Shown: piece by piece, positions 15,901 to 45,300 of the stretch
How the letters are laid out: every line of letters starts with the position of its first letter
Position numbering within the stretch: the first letter of the stretch is position 1
NCBI GenBank assembly: GCA_051362555.1
Contig: CM120640.1
Location: forward strand, 7,006,001 to 7,070,000
Direction: 5' to 3'
Length of the DNA: 64,000 bases
Source of the DNA: Lingula anatina
Lineage: Eukaryota; Animalia; Brachiopoda
Program-made: the position numbers and the translations under genes
The notes under the pieces: generated by a model
The model's database searches: none
Told to the model about the DNA's origin: nothing
Seen by the model: the letters and a program-made list of their open reading frames with translations, nothing else

Positions 15901-18900
15901 TTCAGGGATTAGATTTTGTTGAGAAAAATAGAGTTATGATTAGTTTGGATAGCATCTACATGTCTGCCTTACCCATGAAATAATGCTTAAAAATAATAAA
16001 AGAATAACTGTTATTATACAAATATTTCAACAAAAATTTAAACTGCAAGTACAAACTGTGTGTAACATTTTCAACAAAACAAAAAGATCAATATTTCATC
16101 ACATCAAAGTTCCCAAGGGATTTACCATGTCACCTTCAAACCAACCAACCATGCTCGATCCAGACAATAACTTCATCAATAAACCCCAACATGAACATAC
16201 ATTGTAGTACTCAATACTGTCTGGTTCTTTTTTTTTTATAACTTTCATGTTTAAAAAACTTACTCGACAATGTGACCTCACTGGAAAATATGTCTGTATA
16301 CTAGTATAATGATAAAGTACCTTGCCAGTAACCTAGATCAATCTGATGTCCACTTCAGAAACTTGAAGTGATTGGTAAAAGTGAAGCACATGATTCATTC
16401 AACTGATAGCAAGCATTGAGGTCAAGCATACTAGTAATAGTTCTTACCTCTTCCTTCAGCATTTCTAACTGCTGCACATGTTCGTGCATGGACACACGCT
16501 TCGAGTTCAACTGGTCACGAAAACTTTGCACCTGATTCTGTAACTGCTCTTCGGTTTTAGCAGCCTGTCAGAAAAAATATCAAATACATAAAATATCATA
16601 ATAACAAGTGATTTGCTTAGATCTACAGAAATAACATGTTTAATTTGAACTTTTCTTTTTTTAATTTTCTGCAGTCCAACGCCAATTTAAGTCTTGTCAT
16701 TCTTTAGAGAAACAAAACCCTATCCAAGCTTGGCACTTCAAATGCCAAACAGATTAAGGATTGAATTTTTAGACCAGTTCAACCTAAATAAATAGTGAAA
16801 ATCCATTGGATCACATGTTCAATTGTAAAAAACTGCTCAACCATAATAATAAAAAATCTCATCAACAAGGAACAATGTAGTCTGTAATTTCATGACATTG
16901 ACCTTTTTCTAAGCTATGCCATAAAAACTGGAAAAATAAACAACAAAATACCACAAGATGATGCACTGTTTCATTATATTTCTTTCTTTTAAATTATCTT
17001 TACCAATACAGTTAAATAGATGGTTCATCAAAACAAATTATAACAGAGCGCAGAAATCCAAATACAAATGAGATCAAAGGTACTCTCCAGGGGATATACA
17101 CGTCGAAATGAATTTTCCAGTAGAAAAGGACAATTTTCTCCTTTTAACAAATTAATGCTCGACCTGTCCCTGCACTTGGATCCAATGTCTTATTCCATTT
17201 TTGATTTAATAATTTAGTTCTTGATGACTGGCCAGCCACTGGGTAAAAAAGGAACCACTTCATTCATTCCAATCTATGCTAATCTCCTGATGTTTCAGGC
17301 ATATCAGCAGCTCAATTTGTGCGCTACTGAAGATAAGCACATGTAAATTCTGGTAAACACTACATTATATCAGGCAAAATATACTGGTACTTTTTCACTA
17401 GCTAAAGCTTTTTCAACAATCAATATGGTACATGTAGCTCCATTGAAATCAGTTTTCAGCAGCCCTTAAGAGATCTCATTTCCAATATATTATCATAAGA
17501 ATAATCCTCTTCAGCACTACCACTGTGATATACCTTATTTTAATTCAAGTACCTACTGGATGTTACTAACCTGTCTCAGCTGATCTGTAAGTCTTTCATT
17601 CTGCTGTTTTAGTTCATCAACAACCTGTGCCCTCTCCCTGTCTCCACTTTGGCTCTGCTGTTGTCTTTGCTCCAGCTCTCGTCGCAGATATTCCACATCT
17701 TGGTGAAGATCTTTGATGGCATTTTCATACTGTCCTTCTTTTATTTCCATCAAGAATTTAAGCTCATGTCTTTGCTGCTGCATTTCCTAGATAAAGAAAT
17801 AGTTTTCATATTATGACAACTAATACATGTAAAAACAGGGGAAAACATCAACCATCTTCTTCTATACTTAACCTTGATATATAACCAGAATTAAATTCAA
17901 ATTTCACGATTTTGTGATTATAATTATGTCTGTCAACTTTCTAGTTAACCTAAAAGCCAAGGTCTGGATCTATAAGACCCAGTGTTAGAAATATTGGCCT
18001 TGCTTTTCAAAATGTTAGAAAATTGAGATTAAGAAGAAGATTAAGTCTATGACCTATACACCTGCTTGGCTGTGCAGTATGTAAAAACTCCTGATACAAA
18101 ACAAAAATTATATAAGCAGCTTATGTTATTTTGAACAGTAGCAATCAGGCCTCATTTTTTACAAAGGCACCTTCCTGAATTTTTTTCATCCCCCTCATCT
18201 ACCTCAACTTGCCCCTCACATACATCACTGATAAATTTGATAAAAAGTGCTAAGCACTATTCTATTTCATATCAATTACTGTATTTACAGTACATCTGTT
18301 CTATTTCCATGTAAATGTCCTAAGCAAATAAATCAGTGGAAATATTACTCAGTTAATCAAATAAAAAAAATCATGAAAATTTATTTCAAAATGAATTCCA
18401 ATATCCTTTTCAAATGTGGCAGGCTTATTCTACGCAATTAATATAGGAAAACATCTATTTGCCTGATGGAACTCTTTAGTTGCCACGAGCAAGCAGACAA
18501 CTGTTAGTGTTGAGTGCTGGCTATGGATAGTGCTTATATTCAGCATAAGTTAATTTTTTTAAAAAATCTACTGTTTAAACCTAAAACATCATTGTACTCC
18601 CACACAGAGCATGCATGATGCAGGTATAATCAGATAAGATACAATTTTCATGTCAAATACACGTGACAGTAGTAATATCACAGTGCATGAGGGATTATCC
18701 TATCCATAATCCATTGTATAATACATCTGTTTACAACCAAGCTCTGGGTCAGGGGTAAACAGGTGTAGTTTTACTTTCATCACTTGTAAATGATCAAGGG
18801 AAAATGAGACAAAATGGTAAATAAAAGAATAAAGAAAATTTCTTAAGAAAAAACAGGAAATGAATATGAAAAATGTGGATAGAAATAAGACCAAACAGTA

Positions 18901-20806
18901 TTACAACTAAAGTCTGCTGAATCACCATGAACCTTGGAGATGTTATTGATTTTTGTCTGGTGAATAATAGTTTCACTTGAAACTGCAGAAGACTTCGATC
19001 GATCCTGCTGTACTGAAAATTTCCAGTTGTTTCTATCACCACTTATCTGGACATCCATGTATTCAATGGAGGCAGTAGTGAATATCCTAGTTATTTTAAA
19101 CACTATTATCACTTGTGTATGTAGTTAGGGGTCAGATAATCATGTTCTGTTTGCTTAATGCACTAAATGTTGCATATATACTATTTAACAGAAAGTTTGT
19201 TAAAATGTTTGTTTCAGGGGAATTCATTCAGACAAAATGACTCAAAACCTAATTACTGGTACTTAATGAACTACCTTATCACTACCATATAGACCTAAAC
19301 ATAATATTTCTAGAAATCTTACAAATGCACAGTGATATATCAAATACCAATAGTTCCTGGTTGTTTTATAAAGTTTTACAACAGAACAGAATCATCTGAT
19401 GGATTTTTGAAAATATGACATAAACATAATGTTATGAGGGGAAAGCATCTGATGTCATGAGCAGTACCAGACTTGGCTGGCCAGCATAAAGAGACCAGGT
19501 GTCAAAAAGAAACAACCAACCCTATGGGATATGGGGAGATGGACTTTTGTCCATATTTCATGGCACAGCCATAACAACAACAACTCATCACATGAATGAT
19601 GCATATACCCTTTATATCTGTGAACATACCAGTTTAAAGCATCATTTTCTCCACTGCTTCACATATACTAGTATTGTGTATGAACTACACATGTATACAT
19701 GTTCTGCTACCAAGGGTGACCCCTCCCCCACAAATGACACAAGTGCCCCCCACTTCATGATATTCAGTTTCTTCTTAAAGAAAACTAATATAAACATTAA
19801 CATAATGGTTTTCAATTGACTAAATAATTATTCTTAGTTAACTGTACATTAAAATGTATATTTTGCCAGAATGCCATCATTAAAAATGTTGGTATTAAAA
19901 AAAAAAAATTTAAGTGGCCAGCAGGATTCTCATTTTCTCACCCCTCCCTCTCAACCAGTACGTTCCTTCCCACTGTAGTAGCTGGCTGGGGTAGACACAG
20001 CCCTAATAGCTCAGTGGTAGAACACTCATATGTTAAGTGAGCATTCTAGGTTCGATCCCCTGTCAAGTCAGGTATTTTTCAAAAAAAAAAAAAAATCTAA
20101 GTGGCCAGCAGGATTCGCATTTGCCCACCCCTCCCTATCAACCAATTTATTCCTTCCTACTGTAATGCCTGGCTGGGGTTTACCGTGGCTCAATAGCTCA
20201 GAGGTAGAATACTCGCACTCTGGTAAACGAGCATTTCGAGTTTGATTTCTGAACAAGTCAGGTTTCTTCCCAAAAAACGCTACAATGGTGGCATCAGTGT
20301 AAGGAGTGGTGGATTCTTTTGGGATTAAGGGGAGAGGAGTGTGGTGACTGGCCATGGTAGACCCAGGCTCGAAAGCTCAGTGGTAGAGCACTTGCGAGAT
20401 GAGCGATTGTCCCAGGTTTGACCCTGGTCGAATCATGTATTTCCCCCAAAATGCTACACCACAAAAACATTAAAATATATCCTTATTGAAAACAACAGAA
20501 TATGGCACTGGAACCAACCTCCAATTTTTGGGCATATTCTTCTGCCAGCTGTTCATTTTTCTTTTGTAGTTCTTCATTTCTCTCCAATAAGGCTTTACCA
20601 AGCTGAGCTGCCAGTAACAGGTCCTGTTCTTTTTGCTGCAATTGCACATAAACGTCGTCCGCATCATTTTTAACTTGGCCCTGCTGCTCCTGTGATTGCT
20701 GTTCGTTTCTCTCCATATTATTGAGGTATGCATTGCAGTATTCTTCGAATTCCCCAGGTGAAACCGGAGAGTTGGGGGACGTTGCTTCAAAGCGACACGC
20801 GCACAT
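9902..20806 (-). CDS. BICDL1: Bicaudal-D-related cargo adaptor (BICDR1/CCDC64), ~639 aa, 11 coding exons
   Basis: Exons 20806-20519, 17786-17571, 16564-16448, 15254-15108, 14145-13960, 13813-13595, 13368-13189, 12957-12766, 10942-10809, 10531-10411 and 10021-9902 join in frame. CC1-box KEQDLLLAAQLGKALLERN; C-terminal RQDRNEAISKRNSMEVELAKAKLDYMTLHKQLMEAIQQKIELSQQLEQWQLDM is typical of the BICDR Rab-binding region. Likely co-orthologous to vertebrate BICDL1/2. Confidence 0.88.
11415..11429 (-). other. Candidate 15-nt frame-preserving microexon (ISIQE) in BICDL1
   Basis: Minus strand reads ttttctttctttTGCatcacaccttaatcAG|atcagcattcaggag|GTGAGA. It is phase 0-0 inside a phase-0 intron. Confidence 0.55.
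19911..20284 (+). repeat. 187-bp tandem duplication (flank plus 5' LTR)
   Basis: taagtggccagcaggattc...cacccctccct.tcaacca...ttccttcc.actgta recurs at 19911 and 20098. Both copies are preceded by an A-tract. Confidence 0.85.
19974..20458 (+). mobile_element. Miniature non-autonomous LTR retroelement (TRIM, Helenus-like) with tRNA-derived LTRs; 5' LTR plus flank tandemly duplicated
   Basis: LTR-like units at 19974-~20080 (3' end lost), 20161-20284 and 20340-20458. All start TGT; the second and third end GCTACA. All carry an A box (e.g. TAGCTCAGTGG 20007-20017); the B box GGTTCGATCCC at 20049-20059 is degenerate in the others. PBS TGGTGGCATCAGTG starts at 20286, PPT AAGGGGAGAGGAG at 20327-20339, and CCAC lies at both 19970-19973 and 20459-20462 (4-bp TSD). 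Confidence 0.8.
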
Positions 20807-21330
20807 TACAAACTGACACGAGAAAAGTCAGCCACATAAACTGTAATCAGTAATGACGCTTCCTTTCTTTCGATATTCACTGCTCCACGTTTGCAATGTC
20901 ACTGTTTGGCAATCAGATGGCTGATTACATTAGCTCCTAGCATCAAAACGTCATTCGATGACAGTGGCTCAGAAACACTGGATGTTGTTCCTATTAAACC
21001 CATCAAGTTGTTGTTCTCTCCTTGACTAAACCTACGGTGTAGTGAAACCGATTGTCAGTATGGTTTGTCTCATTACACTTCTGCCTTCTTGACCCTTTTC
21101 ACCTAATAAAAAAAGCCGTAAGGAAATTGTCAGTATATGCTCTATGAACATTTGGTCTCGTTAGACTATGAACCCAAAATAAACTCGAAATACTTTTCAA
21201 AAATATACGATTAAAGAAAATAGTAAACACGTTTGGAATAAGATGCTGTCGTAAATTTGCAAACGCTATCAAATAAACATTTATCATTCAGTTGCAATCA
21301 CTTACGGCTCACATCTTGACCTATTTATCG

Positions 21331-21410
21331 TAGCCAATGGAAATTAAGCATGTTGTAGAATTTTAGCCAATCAAATTTAAAGAGGCTCGATACTGCCGCG
21401 GATTTTGAAG
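21331..21410 (+). promoter_or_regulatory. CIT promoter: tandem CCAAT boxes plus CDE/CHR-like element, within the divergent BICDL1/CIT promoter region
   Basis: CCAAT at 21334 and 21367 (33-bp spacing), then GCCGCGGAT-TTTGAA (CHR at 21404-21409). A non-coding first exon ends at donor GTAAGT (21483) and splices to 21791. Confidence 0.65.
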
Positions 21411-21821
21411 TGAAGAAGCAACAACGGTGATAGTAGAATATTAGTTGTAATAAATGCGTAACCAAAGCTGACACTAACATTCGTAAGTATTTGTCTTATT
21501 TCAAGTTCAAAGTGAAGTAAATACACAAATTGGTACATGTGTGCATTGTATGCTGGCGGGTATTCTGCTTGAGTTTGACTTTAAAAAGTCTTATTACTAA
21601 AATTTTCATCAGATCATACGAATCATATTTCATTTTGAGTATAATTATTTTATGTTGAAATGGAAATCAAGCCGTTTTGACTTTATTGCAAGGTCTTCTT
21701 CATGTGAACGGACTTGGAATGTCACCATGGTGATGATCTACACTAATACATAACTGTAACAGTATTCACTAAGATTCATTTATGTTTCAGAGTTGAAGGT
21801 ACAGTAGGAGAACAGCTAACA

Positions 21822-38321
<16,500 letters not shown>

Positions 38322-38822
38322 ATGATGGTGTTGGTGACCAGAGCTGACATACTGTTACATTTGAATTTCAAATATAGACTAGAAGACAAAGAAACACCCA
38401 ACATTAGAGTAATTGATAGTATATAGACCACTATTGTACTCCTTTGTATGTTATTTAATATATCAGCACTTATTATGGTAACTCATTTGAGTACAGTTAT
38501 ACGGAAAATTGTCCATTGTCATAAGTTATTGCAATAATTCACGCTTGCATTCAGTTAATTAGTTTTAGAGGAAGGTTACCTTAAGTTTCAGACTGTTGTA
38601 AAATAGACGGATTAGATGATAGTAATATATTTATGTAACTCTGTGGTATTGTATATAAGCAGTATAGAAAAACATAAACCTTAGAAGTACGAGTGTGAAC
38701 CAGGATTATATCAATGAATCAAGCAAGTGAAGAGAGTAGCTGTGAAGAGCAAATGTATTACAATCAAGGATAACAGTAAAATTTGCCAATATGTGTATTG
38801 TTATTATATCCATATTTTGTAA

Positions 38823-38859
38823 AATAAAGAACTGTTCAGAATATGATTGGTTTTTTATT
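38823..38859. terminator. Opposed polyadenylation signals for CIT (+, AATAAA 38823-38828) and GCN1 (-, 38859-38854)
   Basis: aAATAAAgaactgttcagaatatgattggtttTTTATTa lies about midway between the stop codons at 38321 and 39335. Confidence 0.6.
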
Positions 38860-39334
38860 AACTGAAGAATGGAAACATGACAAAGGCAAATTATTAACTT
38901 AAAATCTGCAGCAAAAGATTTGCTTGTTCATCTTGAAATGACATATCTTTGTCAACGTGATAAAATTACATAGCATTTAAAAGAAAATAGCTGATAACAC
39001 TTCAAAGAAAGATAATAGTGGTATGTTACCATATTATTATTACAATTATTTATGTTACTGCAAAACAAAGTTTTTTTGTTAAAGTACATTGGTTTTGTAT
39101 GGAATTAACAGATTCCTGCTTTTGTGAACAGAAAGTCAAGACAAAATTTGTACCATGCAGGACACTTCATTTCCTTTTCTTTGCTTCCAGAGTTCTTATC
39201 ATTGAACAGTATTCTTTGTCAGCTCCTTGTGACAGAAACGCCTGGAGTCTTCATCAGTATTACTTCTTAGTTCCTTCATCTAGTGCTGTTTTTCCATCAA
39301 AAGCCTGCTTCCCACCAAGCAGACGACACTGGTG

Positions 39335-42300
39335 TTATTTCAGCATTGTGTCATCAAGGTCATCTACTGGCTCAGACTGAGTGGCAACTTTTCTTAGTGA
39401 TTTATTGATCACCTCAGTCAGTGAATCTTTCATTCCAGCATCCAAGGCAGCTAATACAGCCTGAAAATACACAATTTGGAAATTTCACTTCAATTATAGT
39501 ATACGAAGAACATCACTTTTAATAGACTCACAAGTAACATTTTCGTTTCTGAAAAGAGCCTGAGAATTTGCCAATGTGAATAGGGAAGTTTAAATACTGG
39601 AAATGAAATGTAATTCAAATTCAAGATTAAAATCTTTGTAGGTACATGTCCAATTACAATCCAGATGAAACAACAACTACATACAAATGTTTTCTATTTT
39701 CATTAAAAGCATATCATAATACTTGTCCAAGAGGTTTTAATCTATTTGGTGTTTCTTTAATTCATCTCCAAACACAAAAATTCATCTTTCAACACAAATT
39801 TTAAGTATATTTTCACTATACTTTTGGGGTAGTGGATTACTTGAACTGACTAAATAAACTATTTTTCACTTTATTATTATTATTATTATTATCACTGTAT
39901 TATTATAATACTACAGCTAGCAGCCTCACCCTGACTACATCTTCCCCTTGCCTCATCCACAGTAGACTGACCAGTGTGTATTCACAGTCTGCCCTGACCC
40001 CTGTGTTCTTCTCCTTTGTCCCCATCACCACCACTGGCACCCACACCTTCAGCTGGTTCATGTCAAATGGTTTGCCTTGGCACTTGGACAAATGGCGGAG
40101 GATTTGTGCCGTCAGCTGCTTCACATCGTTGGACTCGTGCTTCATGCCCTGTTGGAAAAAGCTTAATGCTATATTGTACTCTCAAGAAGTTATCATTTCA
40201 TGTTTTCATATAAAGTGATGTTTCAAAATGGGATTGTACAATCTTCTAGAAATAGAGAAAAATCCCATAGTAACCTCACCTTTAAAACCGCAGCTATTAA
40301 TTCCTCATTGAGGGGCTCTCCTGACTTTATCTGGTGTTCCAGGTAATACCCAGCTGCACGCAGACCACTCAATGTAATGGGGATCTGAAAGTGGATGAAA
40401 ATGCCTTTAATGAATTAGTTACTGAAATTAAATTTTTTAATGAATCATCTGGTTAATAAAAATGTATAAACATTAAAATATATACTGATAGAAGCATTAT
40501 CTGTTCACTTATCTAAATTTCAGTTTCCTTTTTACTCCATCGCCTACCCTGTCAGCACCAATGTTCTTCAAAATAATAGGCACCACGCTAGTGTCCTGCT
40601 TCACTCTGTCTGCTGCCTCCTTCACTGCTATAGACAGCGCCACACTGCGTCCATGACGGACCAACCAATCAAGACCCGACTCTGCATCTGAAATATAATA
40701 CCATTACTTTGTAGAAAAAGGCTGTAATATCTACTTTTTCGTTTATTGCATTTCGTCTAAATTTCATGGACAAGAAAAAAAAAATAAACAGTTCTGTTCT
40801 ATCATTAGTTTATTTCAAAGGATTGTTAAAACCCACCATTGATTACATTATTTTCATAATCATCTTGTGAAGAAACATGACCAAAATGAAAGTCCTGAGA
40901 AGATCAATGATAAAGTTACTGGCAGTTAAAATCAACAAGGGCATTGGGAGAATAATGATATTAATGACATAAACATATTCTACAATTTGTCATGCTCACC
41001 AAGCAGATGTTGGTCCAGCACTCCCTTCAGCTCTTCATCGTCCAGGCACCCACACAGTGCCCCAAGACAGCCCGCAGCAGACATCCTAGTGCTGTCCTCT
41101 GGTGACGTAATGGAGTTCAGGAGGGTCACCAGGATCTGCTTCTTGTTGGCTTCATTCATCTTTTTACCAGCTCCTGCTATACAACCTCTCAGAGCCTGCA
41201 TCATGGTGTCTCTAGATAACATATGGATCAGAAAGGAGATAAAATAAGGATTTGATAACCTTTATGATCACCAACAGTATAATTAAAATTATCTAAACAT
41301 ATTTTGCATTTTGATACATAAAAACTACAATCTAACAAATCACTTCAATGATAAAAACATAATCAGTGCACTTGTCAAACTTATTGTAATGCTTTTCCAT
41401 ATTTCTGGAAGGGGGAATTTAAAGGGGAGAGTATTTATTTTGTTTTGACCCATGGCAATGATGACCAAAGTTGTTACCTGATTCCAGTTTCTGCGGCATT
41501 TTTAATTCCAGTATGTAGGTCAGTAAACAGTGGGTCCACCTTCACATGGATGACAATCATCTTGCTGAGAGCTGCTGCAGCGCGCAGACGGACATTCCTG
41601 TTGGGGTCCTGCAGAGCCTTCACAAATGTGGTTTGTAGCTGTGGCAGGAATGGTTTGAGCATTGGACCACACTGAAAGTACAGTTGGTATCAGTTAAATC
41701 TTTAAATCTTCAACCAAAGTTATGTTCCTTTTTACAGAACATCAAGCATAAAAATATTTTTTCATTTCCTTGCAAAAAAATATATATAAGCACATTGCCC
41801 TGCATGTATACTAAGCAACTGTTCATTATAATTCTACTTCTTTCATAACATAATACAAAGTACATTTTTTCTGCACAAATCACCTTGCCAAGCAATAGTC
41901 CCAGAGTGTCTAACACGGCCACTTTGATGTTCCACGCAAATCTGTCACCCAAAATTCTAATCAGGGGTCCAGTGATGTTGACCACAGATGGTTTGAGGGC
42001 CTCTGCACTGGTCCTCTGAATGACCTCTCCAAGACCCACTGCCGCCTGCTCCTTCAGCTCCATGGGGCCGTTTAGGATACCTTCTCGGAAAATGGGCAAA
42101 ACTGGAGTGATTCCCTGAAGTTGTAGATTTAACATCATTGTAGGAATGGCTGTATTTTAATTAACATTGTCAACCTTATGAGATTTATTTTTTTTATCTG
42201 AAATTGGAATATCATTTAATCTGCCCATTTCTCTATGGTTAAAATAAAGTACACAGAGGAAAATCATCATGATAGTTCTTAGATGATCAAGATAAGAAAT

Positions 42301-45300
42301 TTCAAGTTTTGGCATTAAGATTGTCTTCAAAAATAGTCATTTCTGATAGGTAAAAAAAGGTATCAAAATACAGTTAGACACAGTGACAATTTTTGTGAGG
42401 AGGTATTTTACTATTAGCCTACATATCTGTATATCTGTAAAACCCATCTGTAAAAATATACCTTCTTCAGTAGGCAGAATCCAGGTAGCTCCTCCTGTTT
42501 GTTGTCAGCTACAGCATACTTCACCGCCTGTCTTACATTACCTATGTGCTGCAGGCACTCAGTGGGATCCAATTTCTGAAATAAATCACCCACGTATATG
42601 AAATATTGGTAAAGAAGACATACTGACAAACACAACTAATTCTAGGAGATATATATGATATAATTCAATGCTCATACAATTTGGGACTTTTTGTCAAAAA
42701 TAAAGAAATTAATGAAATATTGGTAAAGGAATTCAATACACAAAGTGTAATAAAAATAGAGAAACACCAACCTTAGTGACTGAATTCAAGCACGCCCAGG
42801 CAGCATTCAGAACTTTTTCATCAGTATTGGTAAACAGTCCAATGACTCCTCTCAACAAATGTGGCACATATTCAGAATAGTCTGCCTTAGTTTTACTACA
42901 GAAAGCCTCCAGGATGGTGACAGCAGCACAGCGTATCCCTGGCTCCGAGTTGCCAAAGGCCTGGATCAGTTCATCTAACGTGATCCTGACGCCATTGTCA
43001 TCTGTCACAGACAGCACCACTACCTGGCAATACTCCAGCTCCTGGGAGATAAGAAAATATATATCTAGAGATGAAAGGATTCTTTTTGTCAATTTTATTA
43101 ATCCACCACTCCCATTATAACATATTTAACAATGCTTTGCAAAACTCCTCTGTCATCCTTGTCTTGATAATAACAAAAGTTACCTTATTAACATTTGACG
43201 AATGTGATGCTGACTTGCCAAATGAAAGCTAAGTAACTGAATGTAACCAAAATTAAAGTAATGAAATTTACTTCACTAGATTAGATGCCATTTGCACTGT
43301 ACTGTCATTGGCAGAATCACCCAAGCAAAGTACAAAAACTTTGAACTGTTTACCTGTTGTTCCTCCTCTGTAACCAGCTTAGAGCTAAGTGAAGATAACA
43401 AAGCCGGGAGGATCTTGTGCAGGTGCTTTACCAGGGCCTCTCCAGCCACAGAAGACAGGAAAGACAGAGCGCGGGTGTTCACTGGAGAACTGGTCAACTG
43501 AATACACAAGACATAATATCACAGTTGAAATATCCAGGTAAAACCAGTGCCCTTGCCCAGTCTAATTTTAATTAAAAGTACAATAAAGAGGGCACAACAT
43601 ACTAGAACAGCAGCAATTCTAATGTTTGAGTGTACTAATAACACGTTTTCAGAACCCAGCAAAGACAAGCAACAAATGTCTGAGAAGGACATCAATTTCT
43701 CTAGTTGTCTGAATTAACAGTATACATGAAAACTATTTGTTGAAACCGACTTCTTTTCTGGCCTTACAAATAACAGTTATGCCCATATTGTTTTTTCACT
43801 GACACATATGAACTCATGTAAACATTTTAACATTGGTTAATTTGAAATGAAGGACTGTGTTAAATAACTGACCTGAGGCACTAAGTACGGTAAAACCACC
43901 CTGCTCTTCACGGCCATAACCTGTGTCAGGCCATCCAAAGCATACTCTGATAACATCTCATCATCCTTGAAACAGTAAAATGACATGGTGACTACATTCT
44001 GAGATTGAAGACACAGATTGCACAAACTTATGTAGTTTAACAAAAATGTAATTTTATGAAATCTTACTATGTTTACCTTCAATCTTTGTCTTTGTCTGCA
44101 TGCTACTAGTTTAAGAGTGGAATAAAAAGTTGAAACCTACTTCACAAAAGAAATTATAACAATTTAATCAGCTGTAAAAAGCATTAAAGGGAAAATAAGC
44201 AGTTAAGTTTCCCATACCAATTTCTTCAAGAGATCTGGCAAAATATCATCCAGTGCTCTAGATCCTATGTTGTTGTGTAGCGTATCAAATGTCTTTGCTG
44301 CTGCTTGTCGTACCTCAGGGAGAGGATCACACAGAGCCTTACGTACAGTTGGTATCAAACTGTCTGCAAACACCGCCACCTAAAATAAATAGAACAATAA
44401 AATCAGTTTTTAGAGCCTCACATATGTTAACATTTATGCAAGTTACTTTAAAAGAATAAAACCACAGTATTTTTAGATAAAAAACATCACATACTACACA
44501 TCTTTTCTAAAACATGTTCAGGTCAAAATTTTGATTTTACTGTTATGAACTGCAGGCTATCAGATAAACCCTGCAGCCTTTCAATCTTAAAATTAAGGTG
44601 CTAAACTCCTGTAATACTTAGTCAGTCTTCAACCTTGCCCCATTCAGCCCCTCAACTCACATGTTCCTTGCTGGTGCTGCTCATAATCTCACTGAGTCCA
44701 ATGCAGACTCCCTGCCTCTGGTCACTCTGGTCAGACTCCAGTCCATGTTCCAGTATAGGGATGATCTCTGGCAGGACACGCTCTCCCAGCTTACGTACAA
44801 TATCACCTAGAGTCCTGGCTGCAACCTAAAACATTAACAATTTAAACACCGCATCAGACTGCTGGTTCTGAGAATCTGCTTACATTCTGGCTCAGAAGTA
44901 TGAAGTATTCAAATGTAACAATAATGGTATTGTGAAAAACTTGGCATTGAAATTGAGAAAATTACTAATATATTTCTAGTTTTCCTAATATTCCATGTGT
45001 TTCAGCAAAATTGTGCATGTCAAAGACATACCATTTCTGGAAATCAATTCAATTCAATTAAATGAAAAAATTATAATTGTTATAGGTGCTGTGCTGCTTG
45101 CTAGTGCCTCACACTTATATTTATGCCATAGTTTATAAGGTCACTTCACCTGTCTCTTATCATAACTGGTGCTGGCCAGACATCCCAGCAATAAGGTGAA
45201 CAGAGTGGACAGGATCTCCCTGAGAGTCTTGGGTGTATTGCTCACTATCACCTTCCAGACGTGGAGGGCAGCCTGTCTCACCATCAGTGCAGTGTCAGAG

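Noticed and set aside
18700-19819. ORFs of 64-106 aa in BICDL1 intron 1
   Set aside because: No recognisable motifs, mostly non-ATG starts or AT-rich low-complexity translations, and no consistent splice frame with flanking exons.
20000-20070. Functional tRNA gene (A box and B box present)
   Set aside because: The acceptor and anticodon stems pair poorly, and the three diverged copies sit inside an LTR-PBS-PPT structure.
19911-20458. CRISPR-like or satellite array
   Set aside because: The context is eukaryotic, there are only 2-3 long diverged units and no unique spacers; an LTR element plus duplication explains it.
39018-39380. 120-aa plus-strand ORF
   Set aside because: It has a GTG start, overlaps the GCN1 last exon and 3' UTR in antisense, and shows no protein features.
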